Source of the DNA: an uncultured Gammaproteobacteria bacterium
GTDB lineage: Bacteria > Patescibacteriota > Patescibacteriia > Magasanikbacterales > UBA922
Assembly (NCBI GenBank): GCA_964566225.1
Contig: CAZMHV010000002.1
Span: 81,934 to 145,933, forward strand
DNA length: 64,000 nt
Direction: 5' to 3'
Part shown: positions 38,204 through 49,606 of the stretch, piece by piece
Layout of the letters: every line of letters begins with the position of its first letter
How positions within the stretch are numbered: the first letter of the stretch is position 1
Notes under the pieces: generated by a model
Seen by the model: only the letters and a program-made list of their open reading frames with translations
What the model was told of the DNA's origin: nothing
The model's database searches: none
Translations under genes and position numbers: made by a program

Positions 38204-38241
38204 GAAACAAAAACAGTCCAGAGTATGGACTGTTTTTGTTT
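38204..38241. terminator. Bidirectional terminator (orphan 2 / rnpB)
   Basis: AAACAAAAACAGTCCA-GAGTA-TGGACTGTTTTTGTTT. Confidence 0.8.
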
Positions 38242-38661
38242 GTCTTTTCTTGCTATAAGCCGAATTTTGTGTCCCTTGCGGGCGACGATCATTTCTCTTG
38301 ATCACACATTGCTGGGTGATTCTAGCGAGCGAACTTTTCGCATTTCTCCGCTTCGGTGCGCTGGCTAACAAGTGTTCGCCAAGCGTAACGAAGTGAAGTC
38401 GCGCTGCTCTTTCTCCAAGTAGGGCTTACCACGATTGCACATTTCTGTGCAACGAGTAGAGTAGCCTTGCGACTTCTCTACACTTTTCACCTTTCACCAC
38501 CTTGCGGTGGCTAGTATTGTCTCTGTGGTGCTATCCCGCTCACAAACTTCACAGTTTGGAGGGTGGGCGTTACCCACTACTTTTTTTCCCGGCTTGCACC
38601 AGGGGAGTTCGGACTTTCCTCATTCTGGCAAGCCAGAAAGCGATCATCTACAAGAAAAGAC
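38242..38661 (-). ncRNA. rnpB: RNase P RNA
   Basis: Minus strand carries GAGGAAAGTCCGAACTC, GGTAAGCCCTACTTGGAGAAAG and ACAAAATTCGGCTTATA. P1 helix GTCTTTTCTTG/CAAGAAAAGAC. Confidence 0.93.
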
Positions 38662-38667
38662 CGCCCC

Positions 38668-38726
38668 AGAGTACCATTTTTTGGCCTTTTTGTCAAGTTG
38701 ACTTTTTGGCTTTTTTCAGATAATAT
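38668..38726. promoter_or_regulatory. Back-to-back divergent promoters (rnpB on -, glycosylation operon on +)
   Basis: Minus strand TTGACA-17-TACTCT (38696-38668). Plus strand TTGACT-17-TAATAT (38698-38726). Confidence 0.7.
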
Positions 38727-38799
38727 TTATGGTATCTGAATATTTATTCAGAACACCCACTTGTAAAATTCAAGTCTGGGTAAAAATGCCTGTCACCGT

Positions 38800-40218
38800 A
38801 TGAAACGATTTGAAATCTTTTTCATGGTTTTTCAAGTACCACTTGATATCCTCATGCTTTTGTTTGCAGGAGTTTCTGGATACTTGCTTCGTTTTTCAGG
38901 TTGGGCGGTCGCGCTCAAGCCAGTTGCCTTTGGTCTTACTTTTTCAGAGTACATCTCTCTTGTTTTGTTTGTTATTCCGGTGTGGCTTGTCACATTTTCT
39001 TTGCTTGGACTCTATACACCAGATGTGAACAGAAAGTTTGTAGCAGAGGTTACAAAAATTTTTTTGGCATCGCTCGCAAGTTTGTCCGTAATTGCTCTTT
39101 ACATTTTGTTTACTCAGCAACTTTTTGATTCTCGATTTTTGGTATTGGCCAGTTTTTCTTTTGCTTGTCTTTATATTTCTCTTGGTAGAATGTTTATGCG
39201 TGGACTGCGTGTACTTTTTTACCGTTCAGGTATTGGACGTCGCCGGGTCGTACTTATTGGAGAAGGTGAAATTGCCGATTCTATTGAAAATATTTTAACC
39301 AGTCGTTCAGCACTTGGGTATGAAGTCATTGAACGAGTAAAGCATTTTTCTGACTCCCTAAAAAATAAAATTAGCAGACAAAAACCCGATGAAATTATTT
39401 TTGCAAACCCTCGTTCACATGAACAAGAAACACTGCAAGCCATTGACTTTGCCAATGAAAAACACATTGTATTCAAATATTCAGCTGATTTATTTTCAAC
39501 CTATTCTACCAATGTAAACATGTATCCACTTGGTGGAATTCCTATTATTGAACTCAAACGAACACCACTTGATGGGTGGGGAAGAGTTGTCAAACGAGTG
39601 TTTGATATTGTGGTTGGACTCATAATGATTGTTGTTTTGAGTCCAATTATGATACTTGCTGCCCTGCTTATTTTTATTGAAACTGGGAGTCCTATTATTT
39701 ATAAAAATGAACGAGTGGGACTTCGTGGACAAAAATTTTTTACGCTTAAATTTCGTTCCATGTATCAAAAAGATTCCACAGGAAGTCAGTTTGGTGAAAA
39801 TGGAAAAAAAGCGCAGCAAAAAGAAAAACAACTTATCAAAAAGCAAAGTATCAAAGCTGGACCTATTTATAAAATTGCCAATGATCCTCGTGTGACACCT
39901 TTTGGCAGTTTTATTCGTCGTTTCAGTATTGATGAAATGCCACAATTTTTCAATGTCATTGTCGGTGACATGAGTATTGTTGGCCCACGTCCACACCAAC
40001 CACGAGAAGTAGCTCGTTACGAAAAAGAACACAAAAAAGTATTTACTCTCAAACCTGGTATTACTGGTTTGGCACAAATTTCTGGACGATCAGACTTGAG
40101 TTTTGAAGAAGAACATCGGCTCGATGTTTTCTATATTGAAAAATGGACTCTCCTTCTCGATATCGTCATTTTTCTCAAAACTCCATTTGTCCTTTTTAAA
40201 AAACGAAAGGCATTATAA
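38800..40218 (+). CDS. Polyprenyl-phosphate glycosylphosphotransferase (WcaJ/WbaP-like priming sugar transferase)
   Basis: N-terminal TMs; KRVFDI, KFRSM, DPRVT..G.FIRR.SIDEMPQ, MSIVGPRP, KPGITGLAQ. Confidence 0.92.
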   Translation: MKRFEIFFMVFQVPLDILMLLFAGVSGYLLRFSGWAVALKPVAFGLTFSEYISLVLFVIPVWLVTFSLLGLYTPDVNRKFVAEVTKIFLASLASLSVIALYILFTQQLFDSRFLVLASFSFACLYISLGRMFMRGLRVLFYRSGIGRRRVVLIGEGEIADSIENILTSRSALGYEVIERVKHFSDSLKNKISRQKPDEIIFANPRSHEQETLQAIDFANEKHIVFKYSADLFSTYSTNVNMYPLGGIPIIELKRTPLDGWGRVVKRVFDIVVGLIMIVVLSPIMILAALLIFIETGSPIIYKNERVGLRGQKFFTLKFRSMYQKDSTGSQFGENGKKAQQKEKQLIKKQSIKAGPIYKIANDPRVTPFGSFIRRFSIDEMPQFFNVIVGDMSIVGPRPHQPREVARYEKEHKKVFTLKPGITGLAQISGRSDLSFEEEHRLDVFYIEKWTLLLDIVIFLKTPFVLFKKRKAL

Positions 40219-40283
40219 AAAATAAAATACAAAAAAGTGAAAACACCTTGCAGAAAATATTTGAGTTGATGACCTAGTGAAGT

Positions 40284-41396
40284 ATGAAGATTGCACTTGT
40301 CCATGATTATCTTGCTCAAGACGGGGGAGCAGAAAGAGTTTTAAAAGCGTTTCATGAAATCTGGCCCGAAGCGCCAATTTTTGTTTTATTTCACCAAAAG
40401 GGGAGTGTTGCTGGTTTTGATACCGCAACCATACACGAGTCATTTTTTCGTTTTTTACCATTTGGTCGAACTCACTACCAGTGGTATTTACCATGGATGC
40501 CCTTGGCTACCGAACGTCATAATTTGCATGAATTTGATGTGGTACTTTCTTCTACCAGTGCTTTTGCCAAAGGTGTGCTTACTCGTCCGAACACTTTGCA
40601 TATTTCGTATTGTCATACACCCACCCGATACTTGTGGACGGATACGCATGAATATATTGCAGAGCTTCGATATAATGGTCTTATAAAATCGTTGTTACCT
40701 CCTGTATTACACCGCTTGCGTATTTGGGATAAGGCAAGTGTTGACAGAGTCGATCACTTTATTGCCAACTCCAAAACAGTAGGCAAACGTATTTCCAAAT
40801 ACTATCGTGCACCCAGTGATGTTATCTATCCACCGGTAGATACTCATAATTTTTTTGTGAGTGAAACAGTTGAAGATTATTTTTTGACTGGTGGACGTAT
40901 TGTTCCATACAAACGATTTGATCTTGTGATTGAAGTTTTCAACCGTTTAGGTAAGCCTCTCAAAATTTTTGGCACAGGTCCAGATTTGGATCGACTTCAA
41001 AAACATGCGAAGCCAAATATTGAGTTTTTGGGCAGAGTGAGTGATGAACAAAAAGCATCTCTTATGAGTAAAGCTCAGGCATTTGTTCATCCTCAAATAG
41101 AAGATTTGGGTATAACTCCCCTCGAATCTATGGCCTCAGGTCGTCCAGTGATTGCTTACGGTGTTGGTGGCGTAACCGAAACTGTCGTGCCTCACAAAAC
41201 AGGTATTTTTTTTCAACATCAAACCTGGGAGTCATTGCTGGAGGCTATTTTGGATTTTGACAAAACCAAGTGGGATACCCATGCTATTCGTGAACATTCA
41301 ATCTTGTTTAGTGCTTCTACTTTTAAAAAAAGAATTCGTGATTATGTTGAAAGTAGGTATGATGAATTTAACGAAACAATGGACTATTTGAACTGA
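40284..41396 (+). CDS. GT4 glycosyltransferase
   Basis: MKIALVHDYL..GGAERV, YCHTP.RY, EDLGITPLESMASG.PV. Confidence 0.9.
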   Translation: MKIALVHDYLAQDGGAERVLKAFHEIWPEAPIFVLFHQKGSVAGFDTATIHESFFRFLPFGRTHYQWYLPWMPLATERHNLHEFDVVLSSTSAFAKGVLTRPNTLHISYCHTPTRYLWTDTHEYIAELRYNGLIKSLLPPVLHRLRIWDKASVDRVDHFIANSKTVGKRISKYYRAPSDVIYPPVDTHNFFVSETVEDYFLTGGRIVPYKRFDLVIEVFNRLGKPLKIFGTGPDLDRLQKHAKPNIEFLGRVSDEQKASLMSKAQAFVHPQIEDLGITPLESMASGRPVIAYGVGGVTETVVPHKTGIFFQHQTWESLLEAILDFDKTKWDTHAIREHSILFSASTFKKRIRDYVESRYDEFNETMDYLN

Positions 41397-41478
41397 TATT
41401 GGGAACATTTCTCAAACTCTAAAAAATTATTTATAAAGAAATTGAGCACGTTTAATTTTTTTGCTCAGTCACTTACTT

Positions 41479-42648
41479 ATGAATATTGGCATTGATATCA
41501 ATCCACTTCTCACTTCACCCCGGACGGGAGTTGGTGAATATACCTTTGAACTGCTCAATGCTTTGTTTACCCTTGATAAAAAAAATCAATATTTTCTTTT
41601 TTCCAACTCATTTTCCAAAAAACACGACGACCAAATTTGGAGTCAAAAAAATGTTCACTGTATTCATACTCGTGTCCCAAATAAAATTTTTCATCTGGTG
41701 ATGCAACTTACCAAACGACCCTACATCGATGAGCTTTTGGTAAAACAATATGAAAAAAAGAATAAAATAAAAATTGGTCACCTGGATGTGTTTTTTTCTC
41801 CTAATATTGGTTTTTCTTCACTTTCCAAAAAATGTAAAAAAATTCTTACGGTGCATGATGTTTCATTTGAATTATTTCCTAAGTGTTTTTCTTTCAAAAT
41901 GCGTCTGTGGCATAAAATTTTAGATCCCAAAAAACAGTGTGAACAAGCACAGAATATCTTTGTCCCATCAGAGAATACCAAACAAGATCTCATGCTCTTG
42001 TATAATATTTCTCCAGAAAAAATTTCTGTGAGTCCGCTTGGTCTCAGTTCGTGTTTTGCCTCGGTTGATGTTTTTGATCCTGAACACTTACGTCTGGTGA
42101 AAGACAAATACCATCTCCCGAGCAAGTATATTTTCTTTTTAGGCACGGTAGAACCACGTAAAAATATTTTATTTTTACTCCAGGCTTTTGCTTTATTTCA
42201 AAAACAATTTCCGGTACAAGCAAGTGAATATACCTTGGTTATCGCAGGTAACAATGGTTGGAAATACAAACCAATACAAAAGAGTATTGCAGCGACTCCA
42301 CAGGTTCAATATATTGGATATGTAGAAGAACGTGATAAACCTCTTTTGTATCACGGTGCCAGCATGTTTGTGTATCCAAGTTTGTACGAAGGATTTGGAC
42401 TCCCAGTACTCGAAGCTATGGCCAGTGGTGTACCCGTTATTACGAGCAATCGTTCCTCGCTTCCTGAAATAACAAGTGGGGCTGCGTATTTGATTGATCC
42501 ACGCAATATTCAAACTCTCGTAACCGCTTTTGTACGGCTCAGCGATTCTGAGTCGCTAAGGCATGCGCATGTATCCAAAGGACTCAACGAAGCACAAAAA
42601 TTTTCGTGGCAAAAATCAGCAGAACAGTTTTTGAAAAATATTTATTAA
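41479..42648 (+). CDS. GT4 glycosyltransferase (mannosyltransferase-like)
   Basis: TGVGEY, GTVEPRKN, YPSLYEGFGLPVLEAMASG. Confidence 0.9.
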   Translation: MNIGIDINPLLTSPRTGVGEYTFELLNALFTLDKKNQYFLFSNSFSKKHDDQIWSQKNVHCIHTRVPNKIFHLVMQLTKRPYIDELLVKQYEKKNKIKIGHLDVFFSPNIGFSSLSKKCKKILTVHDVSFELFPKCFSFKMRLWHKILDPKKQCEQAQNIFVPSENTKQDLMLLYNISPEKISVSPLGLSSCFASVDVFDPEHLRLVKDKYHLPSKYIFFLGTVEPRKNILFLLQAFALFQKQFPVQASEYTLVIAGNNGWKYKPIQKSIAATPQVQYIGYVEERDKPLLYHGASMFVYPSLYEGFGLPVLEAMASGVPVITSNRSSLPEITSGAAYLIDPRNIQTLVTAFVRLSDSESLRHAHVSKGLNEAQKFSWQKSAEQFLKNIY

Positions 42649-42654
42649 AATACT

Positions 42655-43779
42655 ATGCGTATTGGTATTGACGCACGCATGATGGGTAAAGGATTTGGAC
42701 TGGCTCGGTACACCGAGCAACTTATTGTGCATTCTTTACAAGTTGATACGGTCAACGAATTTGTTTTGTTTTTACGCAAAGAAAATTGGGATCAGATTCC
42801 AGATACCACACCTCGAGTCAAAAAAGTACTTGCAGATATTCCCTGGTATAGCCTACAAGAACAGTTGCAACTGATTGGCATTATCAAAAAAGAAAAGGTC
42901 GATCTCATGCATTTTCCACATTGGAATATTCCATATTTTTATCGCCAGCCGTATGTGGTCACCATTCATGATCTTATCATGTTTCACTTTCCACGGGCAC
43001 AGGCTACCACACTTGGGCCTGTGAAATTTTGGGTCAAAGATATGGCGCATCGGCTGCTTTTGCGTACAATATCCAAAAGTGCCAAACATATTTTTGCTAC
43101 GAGTGAATTTACCAAGAGTGATATCCACGCAACATTACATGTGCCTTTAGAAAAAATGACGGTCACGTATCAGGCACCGTTTGAGGTCATTCAAAACATG
43201 GACGACATAAACCATGAATCCCTTCTCGCCAAATATAATATTACCAAGCCATATATACTCTATGTTGGTGCAGCCTATCCACACAAAAATCTCAGAGGTC
43301 TGATTGATGCATGGAAATTGTATGAACAAAAATATGGTTCAACCCATCAGTTGGTGTTGGTTGGTAAAGAAAATTATTTTTATTCGGAAATAAAAAAGTA
43401 TCAGCAAGCAGTGGCACCAGAGAGTCATGTTTTGTTTACAGGTTTTGTTCCTGACGAAGAACTTTCGGTACTGTATGAACATGCTTCTTTGTACGTATTT
43501 CCGAGTCTCTACGAAGGTTTTGGTCTTCCTCCCCTGGAAGCCATGGTACATGGCGTACCAGTTGTCTCATCAAATCAGAGTTGTCTTCCTGAAGTCCTGG
43601 GCAATGCAGCACTGTATTTTGATCCCCAAAACAGAGATGAGATGGTTGAAAAAATTCACTCTGGTCTCACCGATATATTACTTCAAGAAAATTTGAAAAT
43701 ACATTCAAAAAAAATTCTGCAAAAATACTCCTGGGAAACACTTGCCAGACAGACGATAAATGTCTACCTCTGCCCTTGA
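42655..43779 (+). CDS. GT4 glycosyltransferase
   Basis: MRIGIDAR, TIHDL, YPHKN, FPSLYEGFGLPPLEAM. Confidence 0.9.
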   Translation: MRIGIDARMMGKGFGLARYTEQLIVHSLQVDTVNEFVLFLRKENWDQIPDTTPRVKKVLADIPWYSLQEQLQLIGIIKKEKVDLMHFPHWNIPYFYRQPYVVTIHDLIMFHFPRAQATTLGPVKFWVKDMAHRLLLRTISKSAKHIFATSEFTKSDIHATLHVPLEKMTVTYQAPFEVIQNMDDINHESLLAKYNITKPYILYVGAAYPHKNLRGLIDAWKLYEQKYGSTHQLVLVGKENYFYSEIKKYQQAVAPESHVLFTGFVPDEELSVLYEHASLYVFPSLYEGFGLPPLEAMVHGVPVVSSNQSCLPEVLGNAALYFDPQNRDEMVEKIHSGLTDILLQENLKIHSKKILQKYSWETLARQTINVYLCP

Positions 43780-43832
43780 TTTTTTCTGCGTTTAGTGATA
43801 CAATAGCCTCCACTTAACTTCTTTTATTCTCT

Positions 43833-44561
43833 ATGTCTGGAATTTTTCAAACCGTTCTCTATCAGCCAATTTTCAATGGTTTTGTAGCATTGTATAACCT
43901 TATACCAGATGTTGGTATTGTTATTTTGATTGTCACCATACTCTTAAAGGTGGTAACCTATCCTTTGACTGACAAATCTATCAAAGCACAAAGGTCACTC
44001 AGTGCTCTGCAACCCAAAATGGAAGATTTGAAAAAAAAGTACAAAGACGATCAGCAAACTTTGGCGCAAGAAACCATGAAGTTGTACAAGGAACATAAAG
44101 TAAATCCACTTGGCTCGTGTCTGCCTTTGCTCATTCAGCTTCCTATTTTTATTGCACTGTACCAAGTTTTACAAAATGGACTTACGGCTAATGACTTTCA
44201 ATTGCTCTATTCATTTGTGCCGAGCCCAGGAAGTATCAATACCATAACACTTGGATTTTTTGACCTAGTAAAACCAAACGTTGTCTTGGCAGTACTTGCT
44301 GGTGCGTCTCAGTTTATGCAAGCCAAAACTATGATGCGCAAACACCCACCAAAAGCCGCAGGCGAAGGTGGTAAAGACGAAGATATGGCAGCTATGATGA
44401 ATAAACAAATGCTCTATGTCATGCCGGTGCTTACGGTGATTATTGGTCTCAAGCTTCCTGGTGGTTTGTCACTCTACTGGTTTTTGTCGACTATTTTAAC
44501 GGCAGCGCAACAATATTGGGTTGCCAAAAAAGAAAAACAGACTGATGTTGTAGTGTTATAA
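43833..44561 (+). CDS. yidC: Membrane protein insertase YidC (short form)
   Basis: LQPKM..LKKKYK, MKLYKEHKVNPLGSCLPLLIQLPI, GLSLYW. Confidence 0.92.
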   Translation: MSGIFQTVLYQPIFNGFVALYNLIPDVGIVILIVTILLKVVTYPLTDKSIKAQRSLSALQPKMEDLKKKYKDDQQTLAQETMKLYKEHKVNPLGSCLPLLIQLPIFIALYQVLQNGLTANDFQLLYSFVPSPGSINTITLGFFDLVKPNVVLAVLAGASQFMQAKTMMRKHPPKAAGEGGKDEDMAAMMNKQMLYVMPVLTVIIGLKLPGGLSLYWFLSTILTAAQQYWVAKKEKQTDVVVL

Positions 44562-44566
44562 TCAAT

Positions 44567-44866
44567 ATGCGTATTGCTTTCAAACAGCTCAAAAAAATGA
44601 AAGTGGAAACGCTTTCTGGTACCAACCTTGGCAAAGTGCATGATATTATTTTCGATACAGAAGGTCAAAATATTATTCAGTATATAGTAAAACTCGGGAC
44701 TCTTGCTACCGAAGAAAATTTAATCAGTCGTGATCAGATTGTTCGATTTGAAGACAAAAAAGTGATTGTTTATGATACGGCTGTAAAGAAAAAAGACCGT
44801 GATATGGAAAAAATCATTCCTTTAGTTCCACAGGTTGACTCCAACCTTGCCATGCGACAAGAGTAA
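44567..44866 (+). CDS. PRC-barrel domain protein
   Basis: KVET.SG..LGKV.DIIFD pattern. Confidence 0.7.
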   Translation: MRIAFKQLKKMKVETLSGTNLGKVHDIIFDTEGQNIIQYIVKLGTLATEENLISRDQIVRFEDKKVIVYDTAVKKKDRDMEKIIPLVPQVDSNLAMRQE

Positions 44867-44935
44867 AAACAAAAAAGAAGATCCTTCATGGACCTTCTTT
44901 TATTTTACGTCAAAATACGTTACACTTGAACCTAT

Positions 44936-45871
44936 ATGGACATGTTTCACATTTCTCTCAAAAAAACCTTGGCCTACTTTGATTTATTTTCTTGCCCCAT
45001 TACCAAGGAAGAGTTATATACATATCTTTTCTCTCCACAAGAAGAAATTTCTTTTGATACGTTTGTGCGTCGTCTTCATACCCTTGAGGCTTCCAAAGAA
45101 AAGTGTTTTGAAACCTCGTGTGGGTATTATTTTTTACCAGCGAAACAAGAAACTGTGACCATGCGTGAACGTCGTGTTTGGTATATTGAAAAAAAATTAA
45201 AAATTGCCAAACGAGCGGCTCGGCTTTTACGTTATATTCCATTTGTCAAAGCCTTTTTTGTATGCAATCAAATACAAATTGGTGTGACTCAAAAAAGTGA
45301 TATTGATGTGCTTATTGTGGTAAAGCAGGGGAGAATGTTTTTTACTCGATTGTGCATTACATTTTTGCTTGGTCTTTTTCGCCTTCGTCGTGGAAAGAAA
45401 AAAGTAACCGATCGGATCTGTTTGAGTTTTTATGTCACAGACAATGCGTTAGATTTTTCTTCTCTCCAAATAGGGGAGCCTGATATTTATTTTACCTATT
45501 GGCTCGCAACACTCATTCCAGTCTATGATCCAGAGGACTCCTTGCAAAAAATATTTTCAAACAACATTTGGGCAACAAAAAATTTACCACATGCCTTTGA
45601 GAGCGTACCCCTTGGCAGTGATTGGAAAGTAACAAATAATATGTTTAGTCTTTTTATAAAACAGTGGCTTGAAAAAATACTGCAGGGCAAGTGGGGGGAC
45701 AAGCTTGAAGCTGCCACCAAAAAATTTCAGCTCAAACATATGCAGGGCAATAAGTCGAGTGTCCAAAATCAAGACTCTCGCGTTGTTATCTCAGACACTT
45801 TATTAAAATTTCACGAAAACGACCGCCGAGACCTGTTTCGACAAGAGTGGGAAAAGCGGTGGAAGATATAA
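44936..45871 (+). CDS. Protein with a Pol-beta-type nucleotidyltransferase-like domain
   Basis: IPFVK.FFVCN.....SDIDVLIV motif. Confidence 0.55.
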   Translation: MDMFHISLKKTLAYFDLFSCPITKEELYTYLFSPQEEISFDTFVRRLHTLEASKEKCFETSCGYYFLPAKQETVTMRERRVWYIEKKLKIAKRAARLLRYIPFVKAFFVCNQIQIGVTQKSDIDVLIVVKQGRMFFTRLCITFLLGLFRLRRGKKKVTDRICLSFYVTDNALDFSSLQIGEPDIYFTYWLATLIPVYDPEDSLQKIFSNNIWATKNLPHAFESVPLGSDWKVTNNMFSLFIKQWLEKILQGKWGDKLEAATKKFQLKHMQGNKSSVQNQDSRVVISDTLLKFHENDRRDLFRQEWEKRWKI

Positions 45872-45880
45872 AAAATATTC

Positions 45881-47185
45881 ATGAACAGTATCTTTGATAA
45901 AAAAAAATTACCTCAAAAGTTACATTTTTTTCTCAGTGCACTTTTGTTTCTCCTCCCATGGCAAACCATTCTCATCCTTCAAAAATGGGAACTCGGCACC
46001 ATTGGTATTTTTGGATTTGAAATTTTATTTTGGATTGTTGCCGCAGTATTTTTTGTCTGGTATTTTCAAAGTAAAAAACAACCGACAAAAATGAGTTGGC
46101 TCTTCGTAACTTCTTTTGTTTTTTTGGGCTTTTGTTTTCTCTCTATTCTTTGGTCACCTGAGCCAATGGTTGCTTTTTTTCAAAGCCTTCGAATCACTGA
46201 GGGTTTTTTACTTTTATATATATTCACGGTTGTTCCGTTTGATACATACAAGGCCGCAGGTTGGTTTATTGCAGGATCAACGGTGCAAGCACTCCTTGGA
46301 ATCTATCAATTTCTCACTCAGTCCACAGTGAGTTTCAAATGGCTTGGACTTGTTTCCCATCCAGTGCTGGAGACAGGGACGTCGGTTATTCAAAGTCTTG
46401 AAGTAGGCAGGTGGCTCCGCGCATATGGTGCATTTCCACACCCCAATGTACTTGGTGGATACCTCGTTGTTGGAATTATGTGTACAACACTTTTTCTTTT
46501 CTCAAAAAATATTCAAAATAAAAAAATAATTTTTTTGAGTCTGTTCATTCAAACTGCAGCACTTTTTTTCACCTTTAGTCGTTCGGCGTGGATTGCTACG
46601 GTACTTTGGTTTGGTGGACTCGTTGCATACTCTGTGGTGAAAAAATACAAAAAACAAAACTCTCTCTTAATCAAAAATATTCCTCACATTGTCTTTTCTT
46701 TTTTTCTATTCATCAGTATTGTATCCCTGTTCTATTTTCCTCTTGTCAAAACTCGTATTAGAGGCGAATCCTATCATGAAGTTCGTTCCATTGAAGAACG
46801 CATTGGTGGCCCTAAGTTTGCTTTGAATCTTTGGAAAACCTCGCCCCTCATAGGAGTAGGAGTAGGCAACTATGTTCCAGCCATGTCTGAAGTTTCTCCA
46901 AATCAAGAACGGTGGGTATACGAACCAGTCCATGTTGTCCCGCTTTTAATGCTCACGGAGCTTGGAATTTTCGGCTTCAGTGTATTTCTCCTTGTTGGTT
47001 TTTTCTTTGCAAAGAATATTCCTTTGGGTGGTATTTTTATGCTGGTAGGCTTTTCTGTGCTTCCATTGTTTATGCTCGATCACTATTTATATTCACTCCC
47101 AGGAGGGCTATTTCTCTCGGGGGTTATTCTTGGGCTTTTTCCAAAATTTTTCCACACTTTGTCCCCACCTCAGGAACAAAACTAG
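45881..47185 (+). CDS. O-antigen ligase (Wzy_C/WaaL-like) membrane protein
   Basis: Multi-TM; RAYGAFPHPNVLGGY, TFSRSAW, GVGVGNY, PVH....ELG. Confidence 0.85.
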   Translation: MNSIFDKKKLPQKLHFFLSALLFLLPWQTILILQKWELGTIGIFGFEILFWIVAAVFFVWYFQSKKQPTKMSWLFVTSFVFLGFCFLSILWSPEPMVAFFQSLRITEGFLLLYIFTVVPFDTYKAAGWFIAGSTVQALLGIYQFLTQSTVSFKWLGLVSHPVLETGTSVIQSLEVGRWLRAYGAFPHPNVLGGYLVVGIMCTTLFLFSKNIQNKKIIFLSLFIQTAALFFTFSRSAWIATVLWFGGLVAYSVVKKYKKQNSLLIKNIPHIVFSFFLFISIVSLFYFPLVKTRIRGESYHEVRSIEERIGGPKFALNLWKTSPLIGVGVGNYVPAMSEVSPNQERWVYEPVHVVPLLMLTELGIFGFSVFLLVGFFFAKNIPLGGIFMLVGFSVLPLFMLDHYLYSLPGGLFLSGVILGLFPKFFHTLSPPQEQN

Positions 47186-47229
47186 TTTTTTGGCCAGTTT
47201 TTGACCTTTTTTTCGAGTCTTTGAAATCA

Positions 47230-47258
47230 TTGACAAATACCCCCAAAAGTGCGACAAT
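47230..47258 (+). promoter_or_regulatory. sigma70 promoter of the putative ncRNA
   Basis: TTGACA-17 nt-GACAAT with a TG extension. Confidence 0.6.
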
Positions 47259-47263
47259 ACGAG

Positions 47264-47390
47264 TCCAGAAGGCAAAAGAAAGGTCTCCGGCCCAGGCGTT
47301 CGCTCAACGATTTCGTGTCATGACAGGCATCACGATATCTCCATGAGACGGCGCCTTGAGCTGGGTACCTTTTTGAGGCTTTCTTGTGGA
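47264..47390 (+). ncRNA. Putative short 6S-like RNA
   Basis: GC-rich rod-shaped fold with an internal bubble. CAGGCGTTCG...CGGCGCCTTG resembles the 6S GUUCG/CGGC internal-loop motif. Has its own promoter. Confidence 0.5.
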
Positions 47391-47409
47391 AAAAGAAGGG
47401 ATATTCCTC

Positions 47410-47467
47410 TTGACAATTTGACCCTAGAAATGGTATAAAATTATCACTCTCAATATGGGAGTGATAA
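47410..47467 (+). promoter_or_regulatory. groESL promoter with a CIRCE (HrcA operator) variant
   Basis: TTGACA-18-TATAAA, then TTATCACTC-N9-GAGTGATAA at 47441-47467 (consensus TTAGCACTC-N9-GAGTGCTAA). Confidence 0.85.
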
Positions 47468-47607
47468 TTTATTTTATCTCAGTAAAAATAAAGCTATATT
47501 ATATATAATTTATTTTTACTTCGATAGTATCTTCGTGTAAACATTTCACGAAAAAAGAAAATGTCTACACGAATCATAAGTTTTTAATTCATATAATTTT
47601 TATTCAT

Positions 47608-47895
47608 ATGAACATCAAACCACTTGGAAATAGAGTTCTTGTTGAACTCAAGAAAAAAGAATCAACCACTGCTTCTGGCATCGTGCTTCCTGAAAGTGGA
47701 GACAAACAAAAAGCCGAAGGTGTTGTGGTAGCCGTAGGACCAGGCAAAATACTTGAAAATGGTGAACGTACCAAGATAGAAGTTACTGTTGGTCAAACCG
47801 TGCTTGTGAAATCATGGGGCGGAGACGAAGTCAAAATGAATGAAAAAGAGTATAAAATTTTTGATGCCGAAGATATTTTGGGCATTGTTGAATAA
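47608..47895 (+). CDS. groES: Co-chaperonin GroES
   Basis: IKPLGNRVLV, TASGIVLP, VVAVGPG. Confidence 0.96.
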   Translation: MNIKPLGNRVLVELKKKESTTASGIVLPESGDKQKAEGVVVAVGPGKILENGERTKIEVTVGQTVLVKSWGGDEVKMNEKEYKIFDAEDILGIVE

Positions 47896-47949
47896 CAAAC
47901 CATTGCTTTTCCTCGTTTTCACTTTACCTCAACTCATAAATAAATATAA

Positions 47950-49599
<1,650 letters not shown>

Positions 49600-49606
49600 A
49601 CAAATC

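Noticed and set aside
35343-38241. Prophage or integrative element at tRNA-Leu
   Set aside because: No integrase, transposase or phage genes, and the att-like repeat encloses only ~150 bp, not the GC-rich genes.
38171-38723. Short ORFs 38171..38371, 38502..38723, 38507..38701
   Set aside because: They overlap the RNase P RNA gene and its promoter.
47264-47390. SRP (4.5S) RNA
   Set aside because: Lacks the conserved domain IV CAGG...GGAA...AGCAG motif.
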